DNA from: Eledone cirrhosa
Lineage: Eukaryota
Direction of reading: 5' to 3'
Assembly: GCA_964016885.1 (NCBI GenBank)
Contig: OZ024752.1
Span: 37,448,001 to 37,512,000, forward strand
Length of the DNA: 64,000 nucleotides
Below the pieces are notes generated by a model that searched no databases, had not been told where the DNA came from, and saw only the letters and a program-made list of their open reading frames with translations. The translations under genes and the position numbers were made by a program. Positions 12,180 to 24,682 of this stretch are shown piece after piece (within the stretch, counting starts at the first letter, position 1; each line of letters opens with the position of its first letter).

Positions 12180-12844
12180 GTAAGTTTGGAATCAATACCA
12201 AATTTTATATTTCATGTATTATTGAATCATTGTCTGTGGAATTGATACCAAATTTGATCATCATCTTCATCGTCATTTAGCATCTATTTTTCCACACTTG
12301 CATGGGTTAGCCAGGTTGTTACATTATGAGACAAGTCAGGTCTGGAGTCTACGTCATGCTCATACAGATCTGTAATTTGGCTTGGCTTCTACAGCTGGAT
12401 GCCCTTCCTAATGCCAAAAGCATATTTGGTTGCTAATACAGTAAATTGTGAAGTTAAAGTGCTGGAGTATTAACAATCAGTGTAGGAGTTCAAACCCTAC
12501 TACATCATTCATTATATTGTGTTCATGAGAGGGCATCTGGCCATAGAAAAACTGCCACAAAAAGACTCCCCCAGCCTTCATCTACTCTAAATTCAGTTCT
12601 GACCTATGGTAGAAACCTCTTATCCAATGCGCCATACAGTGGTATGGAATACTGAGCCTCATAATTATGAAGTAAACTCCTTAACCACATGGCCACATGC
12701 CTGTGACATAAGGCAATTGATCAACAAGATCTCAGGCCTCCATATAGTGGCATTAAATACTGATCCCTATGGTTATGAAGTAAATTCATTAACCGCATAG
12801 CCATGCTTGTGAAATAAGGGAATCAATCGACAAGATCCCAGACT

Positions 12845-13192
12845 TCGTTCACTTACACGTGGGCATGCCTAGCCCTACAAAGTTAGAAAACAGCACAAGA
12901 CACTCCATGACTTTCGGAAACATTTTTCATGCTCAGAGTTGCTGAAGCATGGAACAAACTATCTGCATCAGTTGTTAGCTGCCGAGCCACTGCATCTTTT
13001 AAAATCTCCATGCTTCCTGAGATTCGCCAACACTACACCTGATACCCCCCCCCCCTTCCATACACACGCACACATGTATTTCATGACTCGTACACTGTTC
13101 ATTTTCCTGACATCTGTACATTATTCTATGAACTATACATGCACCTTTGATAAGTTTTGCACCTGAGCACTGTACACAATAATTTCATTATT
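12845..13192 (+). mobile_element. CR1-like LINE 3' end fragment
   Basis: Degenerate RT C-terminus (LRVAEAWNKL-like) plus 3' UTR ending cacaataatttc(att)n; other copies at 21620-23566, 30562-30825, 49265-49530(-). Confidence 0.7.
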
Positions 13193-13512
13193 ATATATAT
13201 TACCCCATTGGGGTAGAACTCGTCAAATCAGACCAAGAAAGCAATTGCTTTCTTTAGTATTTTCATTGTTGATACTATCTACCGGTTGCAACTATTGGCA
13301 GAAAAAGCAACGTGAAATAAAGTATCTTGCTGAAGAATATAACGCATCGCTCAGTCCAGGAATTGAACTTGCAACCTTACAATTGCAAATTCAATTCTCT
13401 AACCACTAAGCTTCAAATATGATTGTAAACATGCTAAATACACAAAAGATTTCTCACTTATGTTAACATCACTTTAATATTTCATTTTTTTTTTTTTTTT
13501 TTTTTCTTCTAG

Positions 13513-13537
13513 AATTCAAGAAACTGACAATTTTCAG
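13513..13537 (+). CDS. ASPSCR1: ASPSCR1 25-nt microexon (IQETDNFQ)
   Basis: Long T tract + ctag acceptor, CAG|gtatat donor; supplies the needed phase 2 to 0 change. Confidence 0.7.
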
Positions 13538-13594
13538 GTATATTTTTCTTATATTTTCTAATTCAAATAATTTTATCATATTTACTATATTTAA

Positions 13595-14046
13595 CCCTTT
13601 AGCATTTAAACCAGCTGTATCCAGTTAGAATTCTCTCCTCTTTCTGTTCAAACTGATGTTAAGGTATTGTTCTCAAAATGAATAATATCAAAATCTCATA
13701 GATTCAATATTATGTGAGATGAAGCCTTTACCACGAAAATACAATAGTATATATATAGAGCAATTGTTTCTACTTTAGGCACAAGGCCAGCAATTACCCA
13801 GTGCATTACTGGTACTTTATTTTATCGACCTCGTAAGGATGAAAGGCAAAGTCAACCTCGGCGGGATTTGAACTCAGATCGTAAAGGGTCTGAGTTCAAA
13901 TCCCGCCGAGGTTGACTTTGCCTTTCATCCTTACGGGGTCGATAAAATAAAGTACCAGTAATGCACTGGGTAATTGCTGGCCTTGTGCCTAAAGTAGAAA
14001 CAATTACTCTATATAGTATATATAGAGTAATGTAAATGCTAAAGGG
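13595..14046. mobile_element. piggyBac-like MITE containing a fold-back SINE A insertion
   Basis: TTAA|CCCTTTAGCATT...AATGCTAAAGGG|TTAA; relatives at 25077-25291, 35712-35905, 43297-43520, 57709-58311. Confidence 0.8.
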
Positions 14047-14383
14047 TTAAATAAGGAATTTGAATTTAAGGTTACTTTTAAAAAAACGAGTTAGCTGAAA
14101 GAAATATAGATATGCTAAAGTTATTCTTGTTACTATTAATATAAAGAATGGTGTATTCATGTGTGGAAATGCTTGGCTTTGTGGCTGACACAAACGTTCT
14201 TCACAACAACAGCTCAACAATTGTATTCTGAAGACATGTTGATTACTAATCACCTCATACATCAATGGCCAGACAGCTACTGAGGTGTAGTACTTTCTAA
14301 TGGTGCTCTCGAAACCTCAGTATGCTGTGACGTCATGGCACTGTTGCCACAGAAAAAATGTTGGATTTATCTTCACCACACTT

Positions 14384-14428
<45 letters not shown>

Positions 14429-14785
14429 CCCCTTTCGATGTAAAGCTATGTTGGTACCACAACATCCAGTCCTAAATAAATGAGGTCGTGTAGGTGTCAC
14501 GACAAAAAAACACACTGTCCACGGTGTAATGTGGCTGTGTAGGTAATACGGTAAAAACCTCCCAGTCCACACTGTAAACGTGGTTGGTGTTGGGAAGGGC
14601 ATCCAGCCATAGAAAACCCGCCAGGCAGTCCCGAACAAGACAACCAATCTTGCCTCAAGTGGGACAATTCCCGTCCAGACCCTTGCTAGCATGGAAGATG
14701 GACGTTAAACGATGATGATGATTATATATATATATATCATCATCATCGTTTAACGTCTATCTTCCATGCTAGCATGGGTTTAGAC

Positions 14786-14816
<31 letters not shown>

Positions 14817-15752
14817 GTTTTTCTAGTCATATGCCTGGTGGTCATTGATCTGTCCAGTTCGTTTGTCTACCAGCATATCAGGAAAAAATTATACATTTTC
14901 TATATATTTTGTCTGAGGAAAACATGTTTTGCTTTATGTTAGACATAAAACTTTGCATCTTCGAAATATAAATAATGAAATAAATAGAGATGATATAAAG
15001 TATATATCTTCCGTTTATTATTTATTATTATTATAGAGTTACGGCCCTTGCCATTCTGAGTTCAAATCCCGCCGAGGTTAACTTTGCCTTTCATCCTTAC
15101 GGGGTCGATAAAATAAAGTACCAGTAATACACTGGGTAATTGCTGGCCTTGTGCCTAAAGTAGAAACAATTATTTATTATTATTATTATTTCATCCTTAC
15201 GGGGGTCGATAAAATAAAGTACCAGTAATGCACTGGGTAATTGCTGGCCTTGTGCCTAAAGTAGAAACAATTATTATTATTATGGCAGTATCGGTAGAGG
15301 GTCGGACGCCATGCTTTCCAGCATAGTTACGTCCCTTTACGATCTGAGTTCAAATCCCGCCGAGGTTGACTGCCTTTCATCCTTACGGGGTCGATAAAAT
15401 AAAGTACCAGTAATGCACTGGGTAATTGCTGGCCTTGTGCCTAAAGTAGAAACAATTATTATTTTATATCATCATCATCATCGTTTAACGTTTATCTTCC
15501 ACGCTAGCATGGGTTAGACGGGAATTGTCCCATTTGAGGTAAGATTGGTCGGGTGGCCATGTCTCACTTGTATAGGACTGGCTGGCAGGTTTTCTACGGT
15601 TGGATGCCCTTCCTAACACCAACCACATTTACAGGGTGGAGTGGGAGCTTTTTACCGTATTACCTACACGACCACATTACAGCGTGGACTGTGTTTTTTA
15701 TATATATATATATATATACTCTCTCTTCATTTATTCTCATTTATACTTTTAG

Positions 15753-15819
15753 ATACCTAACCGAAATGTTTTAATACATAATCAAAGGGAAAGTAAAAAA
15801 AAAGATACCACATATGAAG
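15753..15819 (+). CDS. ASPSCR1: ASPSCR1 exon (IPNRNVLIHNQRESKKKDTTYE)
   Basis: ttttag acceptor, gtaagt donor, phase 0 to 1. Confidence 0.8.
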
Positions 15820-16625
15820 GTAAGTTGACAATCCGGTTTCCACTCAGTCCAGCATGTAGTAATAATTTTTTTTTGGAGGAAGGGGGGCGTCGATTAAATC
15901 GACCCCAGTGCATCACTAGTACTTTATTTTATTGACCATGTCAGGAGGAAAGGCAAAGCTAACCTTGGTGGGATTTGAAACTAGAACGTAAACACTATAA
16001 TCTGTTCTCTCCTCATTAAACATTGCTGTTCAACAGTTAGTTGTACAAAGATCTGTACCCTACTAGAAAACAAGTTAACATCAGGAAAGGCACTAGGCAT
16101 AGAATTCTGCCCCAAACTTCTCTTCTAACCCATACCAGAATATAAAGATGAATGCAAAACTCAGGATGAATTACTTTACTAAACCCCTCCAAATTCTTGA
16201 TTTTTTTTTTTTTTTTAAATTAATTTGAAATACATAAACTCTGTTTAATGTATGATATATAGAAATATATGCATTATATCCTTGAGCAATAAGCAAGACA
16301 CTTTATTTCAAGTTGCTCATTCTGTCCAGAGTTGCGACTGGGAGATAATATCAGCAATGGATCAGACCAATAATAATGTGAAATATATAGTGGTGTGTTA
16401 TATATTTTTGAAACGATCGACTTTCGTCAAATCGGACCGAGGGAACAATGTTTCCGTTGGTCTTTCCAATTGCTAATACTATCTATCGGTCGCAACTCCA
16501 GGTAGAAGGAGCAACGTGAAATAAAGTGTCTTGCTCAAGGACATAACGCATCGCCTGGTCCAGGAATCGAACTCACAACCTTACGATTGCGAATCCAATT
16601 CTCTAACCACTCAGCCACACGCCTT

Positions 16626-16756
<131 letters not shown>

Positions 16757-17949
16757 TGATGTCTTCCAAAAGTAACGGTTGCATTTTGAAAGGGTACGTC
16801 AATGTTTATTTATAAAACTGGTATATATTGTATTTTGCCTGATGAAGGCATACCATAATTTAACATGGTATCCTTGAAATATGTATAATAAAATAAATAT
16901 GGTTTTATAAATATAGTTTCCATTTGTTAATATTGTATATATATATATTTATTTTGCGAGGTTTTTGATATGAAATCATGTGTCGAAACAAATATTGTTA
17001 TACTTGGGGAGGGTCATATTGTTGTAATAATATTGCCAAAATTAATAACAGAACACACTCACTGTTTGGTTGGCTAGACTATATATATATGTGTTTGTGT
17101 CTATATTATATCTGTATTTTTTACCGTTGGTCAGTCAATGGTAAACATTGAGGCCCAAATAAATTAACTGATATAAAAGATACAGAAGTGAAAACCAACC
17201 AAACAGTGAGTGTTCTGTTATTAATTCTGGCAATATTATTACAACAATATATATATATATATAATTGTGCCAAAAAGTAGAAACAATTAATTATGTTAAG
17301 GTATTGTTCTCAAAATAAATAGTAACAAATTCATGTAACTTTGATATTATGTGAGATAATTATGTGAGTTAAAGTGTTTACCATGAAAATACAATAGAGT
17401 AATGTGAATTCTAAAGGGTTAAACAATGTACACTAATATATTCACATATGGAGGCACATGGCTTAGTGGTTAGAGCATTGGCCTTGCAATCGAAAGGTTG
17501 TGAGTTCAATTCTCAGACCGGGTGATGTGTTGTTTCCTTGAACAAGACACTTTATTTCACATTGCTCCTGTTTACTCAGCTGTAGAAATGAGATGATAGG
17601 GACTGGGGTCCCTATCATTCCACTGCAAAGTGGTCGTGGAGGTGCCACGGCAAAAAAGCACCCAGCTGTAAATGAGGTTGGTGTTAGGAAGGGCATCCAG
17701 CTGTAGAAATCAAGCCAAAATCAGTTCCCGTCCCACCCTTGCAAGCAGGGAAAAAGTGGACGTAAAATGAAATGATGATATATATATATATATAGAAATA
17801 TGTAGTACAGTGTAATATATAGAGAAATACATTGTGGTGTGTAATATTTATATATAGAAATATATATGTGTGTGTGTAATGTATATAGAAGTGACTATAT
17901 ATACATGGACATGAAAGGAGATATTGATAATTTTGTTTTTATTTTATAG

Positions 17950-18022
17950 ATCCTCCTGATGAATTTTTTGAAGTTACCAAATTTGATGTCATGAACATGA
18001 TGGCCGATCTTCGTAAAAAATT
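17950..18022 (+). CDS. ASPSCR1: ASPSCR1 exon, helical-lariat region (DPPDEFFEVTKFDVMNMMADLRKKL)
   Basis: tatag acceptor, gtgagt donor, phase 1 to 2; PDEFFE motif. Confidence 0.95.
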
Positions 18023-18656
18023 GTGAGTCAATGATCAGTTAAATATTGATTTTCATTTATTCAATAGAAATAGTCCCTAAGTAATAATATCAACTTTATT
18101 CTATAGAAATAGCCCCCTAAATAATGGTTTCTGGTTCAGGCACAAGACCAACAAATTTTTGTGGGGAGGAGAAAGTCGATTAAATCAACACCAATGTGTT
18201 ACTGGTACTTAATTTCATCACCCTCGTAAGGATGAAAGGCAAAGTTAACTTCGGCGGGATTTGATCTCAGAACGTAAAGGGCCACAACTCAATGCCTCAA
18301 AGCATGTTGTTTCATGCTCTACTAATACTGTGAATACATCACCCTATAGCCCCTAAATAATATCAACTAACTTCCTATAATAGATATTATATGCTGATAA
18401 TGATGATATCTAAATACATTGTGATATCTATTTTATGTTATTTCTAAATATATTGTGTTATATCTAAATATATTGTGTAGTATCTAAATATATTGTCTGA
18501 TATCTATTTTACGTTATACCTAAATGAATGATGTGATATCTATTTTATGTTATATCTAAATAAATTGTGTCATATCTAAATATATCATGTGATATCTATA
18601 CGATGTGAAAGCTGATTTCTGTATACTCTTTATTCCATGTTTATTACAACAAACAG

Positions 18657-18805
18657 AAGAGAAATGGAAGATAACCCTTTAATGACAAAATCTTCAAGAG
18701 ATGCTAAAGTGGTTGAGAAATACATGAAATACAAAACATCAATTGTAAGGATACATTTTCCTGACCTCTTTGTATTGCAGGGAACATTCCATCCCAATGA
18801 AGATG
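18657..18805 (+). CDS. ASPSCR1: ASPSCR1 exon, UBX start (REMEDNPLMTKSSRDAK...RIHFPDLFVLQGTFHPNED)
   Basis: cag acceptor (NAGNAG cag-aag), gtgagt donor, phase 2 to 1; UBX RxxFPD motif. Confidence 0.95.
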
Positions 18806-19039
18806 GTGAGTAGTTTTATTTCATTTATTTCTAAATTGCATTGTTTTTTTTTTTCTTTTTTCAAATATTCTCTGTCATCATCACTTCATAATTTCCAGGT
18901 TATTAATGGCAGGAGGCAAGTCTGGCCAGGGTTGGCTGTGTTACACCTTCGCACTGGCGAAGACTATAAATTTGGCCAGGTATTTTTCAGCTGGATGCCC
19001 TTCTTAACACCAACCATATTTACAATGTGGGACTATAAA

Positions 19040-19335
19040 GTAGGTTATTGATACAGAAGCTAAGAAATGTATTTATTTGCTTGGACATGTGATGCATATG
19101 AAGGATGACAGCTGCATAAAAAGGTCCAGAGCACTAGAAGTCGATGGAAACCGCGGAGTGGGGGAGACCCAAGATGACCTGGGATGAGGTGATAAAAGCC
19201 GACCTTACCCAATTACACCTCTCAAAGGCAATGACACACGACCGTGACCTCTGGCGTCACGCAGTAATACAGAGTACCCGACCTCCCATGGGTACAAGCT
19301 GAAGCATATAGACAATATGCCCCCACACCCCCCAC
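19040..19335 (+). mobile_element. RTE-clade LINE 3' fragment (degenerate)
   Basis: GHVMHMKDDSCIKRSRALEVDGNRGVGRPKMTWDEVIKADL...DRDLWR. Confidence 0.75.
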
Positions 19336-19799
19336 CGCAAGGTGGTCGTGGAGGTGCCACGGCAAAAAAGCACCCAGCCCACACTGTAAAGTGGACGTGT
19401 AGGCGCCACGAAAAAGCACCCAGCACTCACTGTAAATGAGGTTGGTGTTAGGAAGGGCATCCAGCTGTAGAAATCAAGCCAAATCAGTTCCTATATGAGC
19501 AAGGCATGGTCAGCCGACCAGACACTGCCCACAACAGGACAACCCGTCTAACCCATGCTAGCGTGGAAGAACGGACGTAAAACGGTGATGATGATGATGT
19601 AATAAAGAATAAAATGATGATGGTCATCATTTTTTTTTATTTTATTTTATGGCTGCTTTAAATGGTTGGCATGTGTCGGATGGGTTAAATGGATTGTCAT
19701 GATTTGTGACTGGACAGGTTGGAGAACCTCATCTCTCTCAATATATTATGTATTTGACATGGTTTCTACAGCTGGCTGGACACAGCCCTTCCTAATGCC

Positions 19800-20070
19800 A
19801 ACCATTTTACAGAGTGTAGTGAGTCCTTTTTATCATGGCACCAACACTATCACTTCAAAGTGTGTACTAGGTGCATTTTATCATGGCATCAGCACTATCA
19901 CTTTACAGAGTGTACTGGGTGCTTTTTATCATGGCTTCAGCACTATCACTTTACAGAGTGTACTGGGTGCTTTTTATCATGGCTTCAGCACTATCACTTT
20001 ACAGAGTGTACTGAGTGCTTTTTATCATGGCACTAGCTTTACTACATTACAGAGTGTACTGGATTCATTT
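19800..20070. repeat. 48-bp minisatellite (~5 copies) from SINE tail module
   Basis: cactttacagagtgtactgggtgctttttatcatggcttcagcactat unit. Confidence 0.85.
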
Positions 20071-20106
20071 TACTTATCAGAATGTAATTCTCTTTTCATG
20101 TTACAG

Positions 20107-20169
20107 TGGCTTCTTTGTATCAATTTGTGAAAGAAAACTTAGAAGATAGCAGCATCCCCTTTTATCTCT
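20107..20169 (+). CDS. ASPSCR1: ASPSCR1 exon, UBX (VASLYQFVKENLEDSSIPFYL)
   Basis: ttacag acceptor, gtaagt donor, phase 1 to 1. Confidence 0.92.
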
Positions 20170-21382
20170 GTAAGTATATTTACTTTTCATGTGGATTGGC
20201 AGTATCGGTAGAGGGTCGGACACCATGCTTTCCAGCATAGTTACGTCCCTTTATGATCTGAGTTCAAATCCCGCTGAGGTTAACTTTGCCTTTCATCCTT
20301 ACGGGGTCGATAAAATAAAGTACCAGTAATGTACTGGGTAATTGCTGGCCTTGTGCCTAAAGTAGAAACAATTATTATTAATATATAAACAAGGGCGGTG
20401 GATTGGCAGTATCGGTAAAGTCGGACACTATGCTTTGCAGCATAGAGTTGTGGTCCTTTACGGTCTGAGTTCAAATTCCGCCGAGGTTAACTTTGCCTTT
20501 CATCCTTACAGGGTCGAGAAAATAAAGCACCAGTAACGTACTGGGGTCGATTTAAATGACTGTCCCCTCCCCCCAAATTACTGGCCTTGTGCCTATACTA
20601 GAAATGATTAATTAACATAGAAACATTGAGTAGAAAATAAAAGAAAATAAAAACGCAGTTATTTACAAATGGTGTCCCTTGTATTGGATTAGGTGATTCC
20701 TTATCAGAAAATTCAGTGAATTTTTTATTTACTGGAATCCTCTAACCAATCTTTCTATTGTTTACTAATTAAAGTATCAAATAAATAAATACAGTATCTT
20801 TACTATAGAATATCACCAACAGAGAGGAGATATGTATTTCTTAATAATTCTGTACGACATGAAACCATAGCAAGATATTCTGAAAAAGTATAAAACATTA
20901 TGACTTACATCGCATTATAAGATGTTAAGTGTTAAATCATCTGAAGGTGGTGTTATTTATGATAACCCTATGAAAGTAATTTATTTTAATATGTTTTTTT
21001 TAATTATATTCTAAAGTAGCCTATATGTTTTTCAAGATGTCTTCTTACTTTGACATAAAACAATTCAAGTTTTCTTTTTCTTTTCAATGACTTTCTCTCT
21101 ACTTCACCACAATTTATATTGGTATTCCTCTTCACAATTAATTTTACAAAACAGCATAGCCAAACGCTGTCCGGGTGATTTGTAGTTACCACAATTCCGG
21201 TTTGTATTTATTTTCTTGATTTATTCTTAAATTGAGTCTGGCAAACCCTATTGTCCATAGTTAGTATTCTTTTCACCTTAGCAAATCTGCTCCCTTACGA
21301 TTTGAACACGTATATGTCTCTGTTTATCTTTTTTTTATATTGAATTATAATTATAAAGTATATATACATTTTTAATTGACAG

Positions 21383-21435
21383 TTGTCTCTCCTCCGAAGC
21401 AAATTCTGAAAGACCTGTCTCAAACCTTGATTACA
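21383..21435 (+). CDS. ASPSCR1: ASPSCR1 exon, UBX (FVSPPKQILKDLSQTLIT)
   Basis: gacag acceptor, gtaagt donor, phase 1 to 0; resembles human FITPPKTVLDDHTQTLFQ. Confidence 0.93.
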
Positions 21436-21708
21436 GTAAGTTAAATCTAATTATATATGACTGTTATATTACACTCTATTGAAGTTATGTAGCTTAGTGG
21501 TTAGGGTATTCATTCCACAATTGTAAGTTTGATTCCCAGTGAGACAATGTGTCCTTCACCATGTTACTCTAGTCCACTCAGCTGGCAAAAATGAGTTGTA
21601 CCTGTAATACCATGTGTCTAACACCCGTGGGCATGCCTACAAAGTCAGAAAACAGCACAGCTCCCATGACTTTCGGAAATAATTCTTTCACGCTCAGAGT
21701 TGCTGAAG

Positions 21709-23358
21709 CATGGAACAAACTAGCTGCATTGGTTGTTAGCTGCTGAGACACTGCATCCTACAAAATCTCCATGGAACAAACTACCTGCATTGGTTGTTAA
21801 CTGCTGAGACACTGCATCCTACAAAATCTCCATGGAACAAACTACCTGCATTGGTTGTTAACTGCTGAGACACTGCATCCTACAAAATCTCCATGGAACA
21901 AACTACCTGCATTGGTTGTTAACTGCTGAGACACTGCATCCTACAAAATCTCCATGGAACAAACTACCTGCATTGGTTGTTAACTGCTGAGACACTGCAT
22001 CCTACAAAATCTCCATGGAACAAACTACCTGCATTGGTTGTTAACTGCTGAGACACTGCATCCTACAAAATCTCCATGGAACAAACTACCTGCATTGGTT
22101 GTTAGCTGCTGAGACACTGCATCCTACAAAATCTCCATGGAACAAACTACCTGCATTGGTTGTTAGCTGCTGAGACACTGCATCCTACAAAATCTCCATG
22201 GAACAAACTACCTGCATCGGTTGTTAACTGCTGAGACACTGCATCCTACAAAATCTCCATGGAACAAACTACCTGCATCGGTTGTTAACTGCTGAGACAC
22301 TGCATCCTACAACATCTCCATGGAACAAACTACCTGCATCGGTTGTTAACTGCTGAGACACTGCATCCTACAAAATCTCCATGGAACAAACTACCTGCAT
22401 TGGTTGTTAACTGCTGAGACACTGCATCCTACAAAATCTCCATGGAACAAACTACCTGCATTGGTTGTTAACTGCTGAGACACTGCATCCTACAAAATCT
22501 CCATGGAACAAACTACCTGCATTGGTTGTTAACTGCTGAGACACTGCATCCTACAAAATCTCCATGGAACAAACTACCTGCATTGGTTGTTAGCTGCTGA
22601 GACACTGCATCCTACAAAATCTCCATGGAACAAACTACCTGCATCGGTTGTTAACTGCTGAGACACTGCATCCTACAAAATCTCCATGGAACAAACTACC
22701 TGCATCGGTTGTTAACTGCTGAGACACTGCATCCTACAAAATCTCCATGGAACAAACTACCTGCATTGGTTGTTAACTGCTGAGACACTGCATCCTACAA
22801 AATCTCCATGGAACAAACTAGCTGCATTGGTTGTTAACTGCTGAGACACTGCATCCTACAAAATCTCCATGGAACAAACTACCTGCATTGGTTGTTAACT
22901 GCTGAGACACTGCATCCTACAAAATCTCCATGGAACAAACTACCTGCATTGGTTGTTAACTGCTGAGACACTGCATCCTACAAAATCTCCATGGAACAAA
23001 CTACCTGCATTGGTTGTTAACTGCTGAGACACTGCATCCTACAAAATCTCCATGGAACAAACTACCTGCATTGGTTGTTAACTGCTGAGACACTGCATCC
23101 TACAAAATCTCCATGGAACAAACTAGCTGCATTGGTTGTTAACTGCTGAGACACTGCATCCTACAAAATCTCCATGGAACAAACTACCTGCATTGGTTGT
23201 TAACTGCTGAGACACTGCATCCTACAAAATCTCCATGGAACAAACTACCTGCATTGGTTGTTAACTGCTGAGACACTGCATCCTACAAAATCTCCATGGA
23301 ACAAACTACCTGCATTGGTTGTTAACTGCTGAGACACTGCATCCTACAAAATCTCCAT
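21709..23358. repeat. 61-bp minisatellite, ~27 near-identical copies, inside a CR1-like fragment
   Basis: Unit catggaacaaactacctgcattggttgttaactgctgagacactgcatcctacaaaatctc; 1-nt register shift per 60-nt line. Confidence 0.95.
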
Positions 23359-23582
23359 GCTTCCCGAAATTTGCCAACACTACACCTGATATTCCGCCTC
23401 CATACACATGCACGCATGTATCTGTGTGTATATCATGACTCATACACTGTTCACTTTCCTGTCATTTTTACATTATTCTATATACTATACATGCACCTTT
23501 GATGAGTTGTAGTGGCCCTGAGCACTGTACACAATAATTTCATTATTATTATTATTATTATTATTATACCTGTAATACAAAC

Positions 23583-23790
23583 GGTCCGGCAGGAGACCCA
23601 GGGTTAGACCCAGAGCAAGATGGTTGGATAACAACCATGAGCTTGGGTGGTCACACTTGGAGATCCAGCCAAATTAATTGGAGATGGTTGCTTCTGATAG
23701 GAACCAGTGGAAGGAGTGTTTCAAGACTGTGTCCCCCCCACACACACACACACACACGTCCCTCTCAGGAATAAGTGGGAGAAGAAGAAG
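23583..23790 (+). mobile_element. RTE-like LINE 3' fragment (third subfamily)
   Basis: GRRPRVRPRARWLD...DRNQWKE-like degenerate translation, (GAA)n tail. Confidence 0.55.
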
Positions 23791-23919
23791 ACTATTAAGA
23801 CAATCCAGTCTAATGTATTTGAACTTTCTTTAAATCCAACCTTATACTTTAATTAACTTGTCTGATATTTAAACAATGTTTTTTTTTTCATCGTTTTGTT
23901 TTATTTCCTTCTATTCCAG

Positions 23920-23971
23920 GCCAAACTCGTGCCAGCTTCCATTGTATTTTTTGGTTCTAAAGTTAAAAAAG
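23920..23971 (+). CDS. ASPSCR1: ASPSCR1 exon, UBX end (AKLVPASIVFFGSKVKK)
   Basis: ttccag acceptor, gtgatt donor, phase 0 to 1; resembles human ANLFPAALVHLG. Confidence 0.9.
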
Positions 23972-24682
23972 GTGATTATACAGTTGAATTTTTAAAACAA
24001 CTTTGTGTTAGTGTTTTTTTAACACACACAGACACACACATTATCCTTATTATTAGTCATGAGGTCGGCCCTCAACACATCATCACAGAGAGAGAGAGAG
24101 AGAGAGGGGGATCCATGATTTAGTTTCCATGTTCTTGTTCAAAGGTTATAATTAGCTGTATCATGTTGTGTATGATTATAAACTCTGAGAGTGCCTGAAG
24201 TACCGAAATATCAATCTTCTATTGCAGATCATGGATTGTGTCCCTTGTATCATTCTATACCATGACAACGGTTTTATAAAAGTGTAACGGATGCAGTGAC
24301 TCCTATACACAAAACAGTTCTTAAATGAAACCCCCCCCCCCCCCTCCTTTTTTTTTTTTTTTTAGAAAAAGAAATCAAAAATCCTTGTAGCTTTTGTTAG
24401 TGATTCTCAAATAAAAAAGGAAATAATTTTAAGAAATTAAGAATTAATCTTTTAGAATTAATTTACATGCTTAGGAACAAAAGTCTAAGCTTTGATTGCA
24501 GGCAACGGACCACTATGGGCTTATTTCTGTTTGTTTGACCTCATCTGCATGGTATAGACTAAACCAAGCATACTTGATCAGTTGACATAGATTAGATTTT
24601 TAGTTATAGAAAAATAATTATGAACAATTTTGGTGAATATAATTTAGCTTAATTAAAAATAAAATGAGCTAAGGGAAATAAC

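Noticed and set aside
17593-17618. tetO-like half sites (tccctatca)
   Set aside because: Part of the SINE B hairpin; orientation and spacing differ from tetO, so coincidental.
20930-21330. Possible additional Penelope-like remnant (ORF 21004..21192 minus; CTGAAGG...GAAA)
   Set aside because: No convincing conserved peptide motif could be read.
21709-23358. Possible CRISPR-like array
   Set aside because: Units are contiguous and near-identical with no unique spacers; eukaryotic context and no cas genes.
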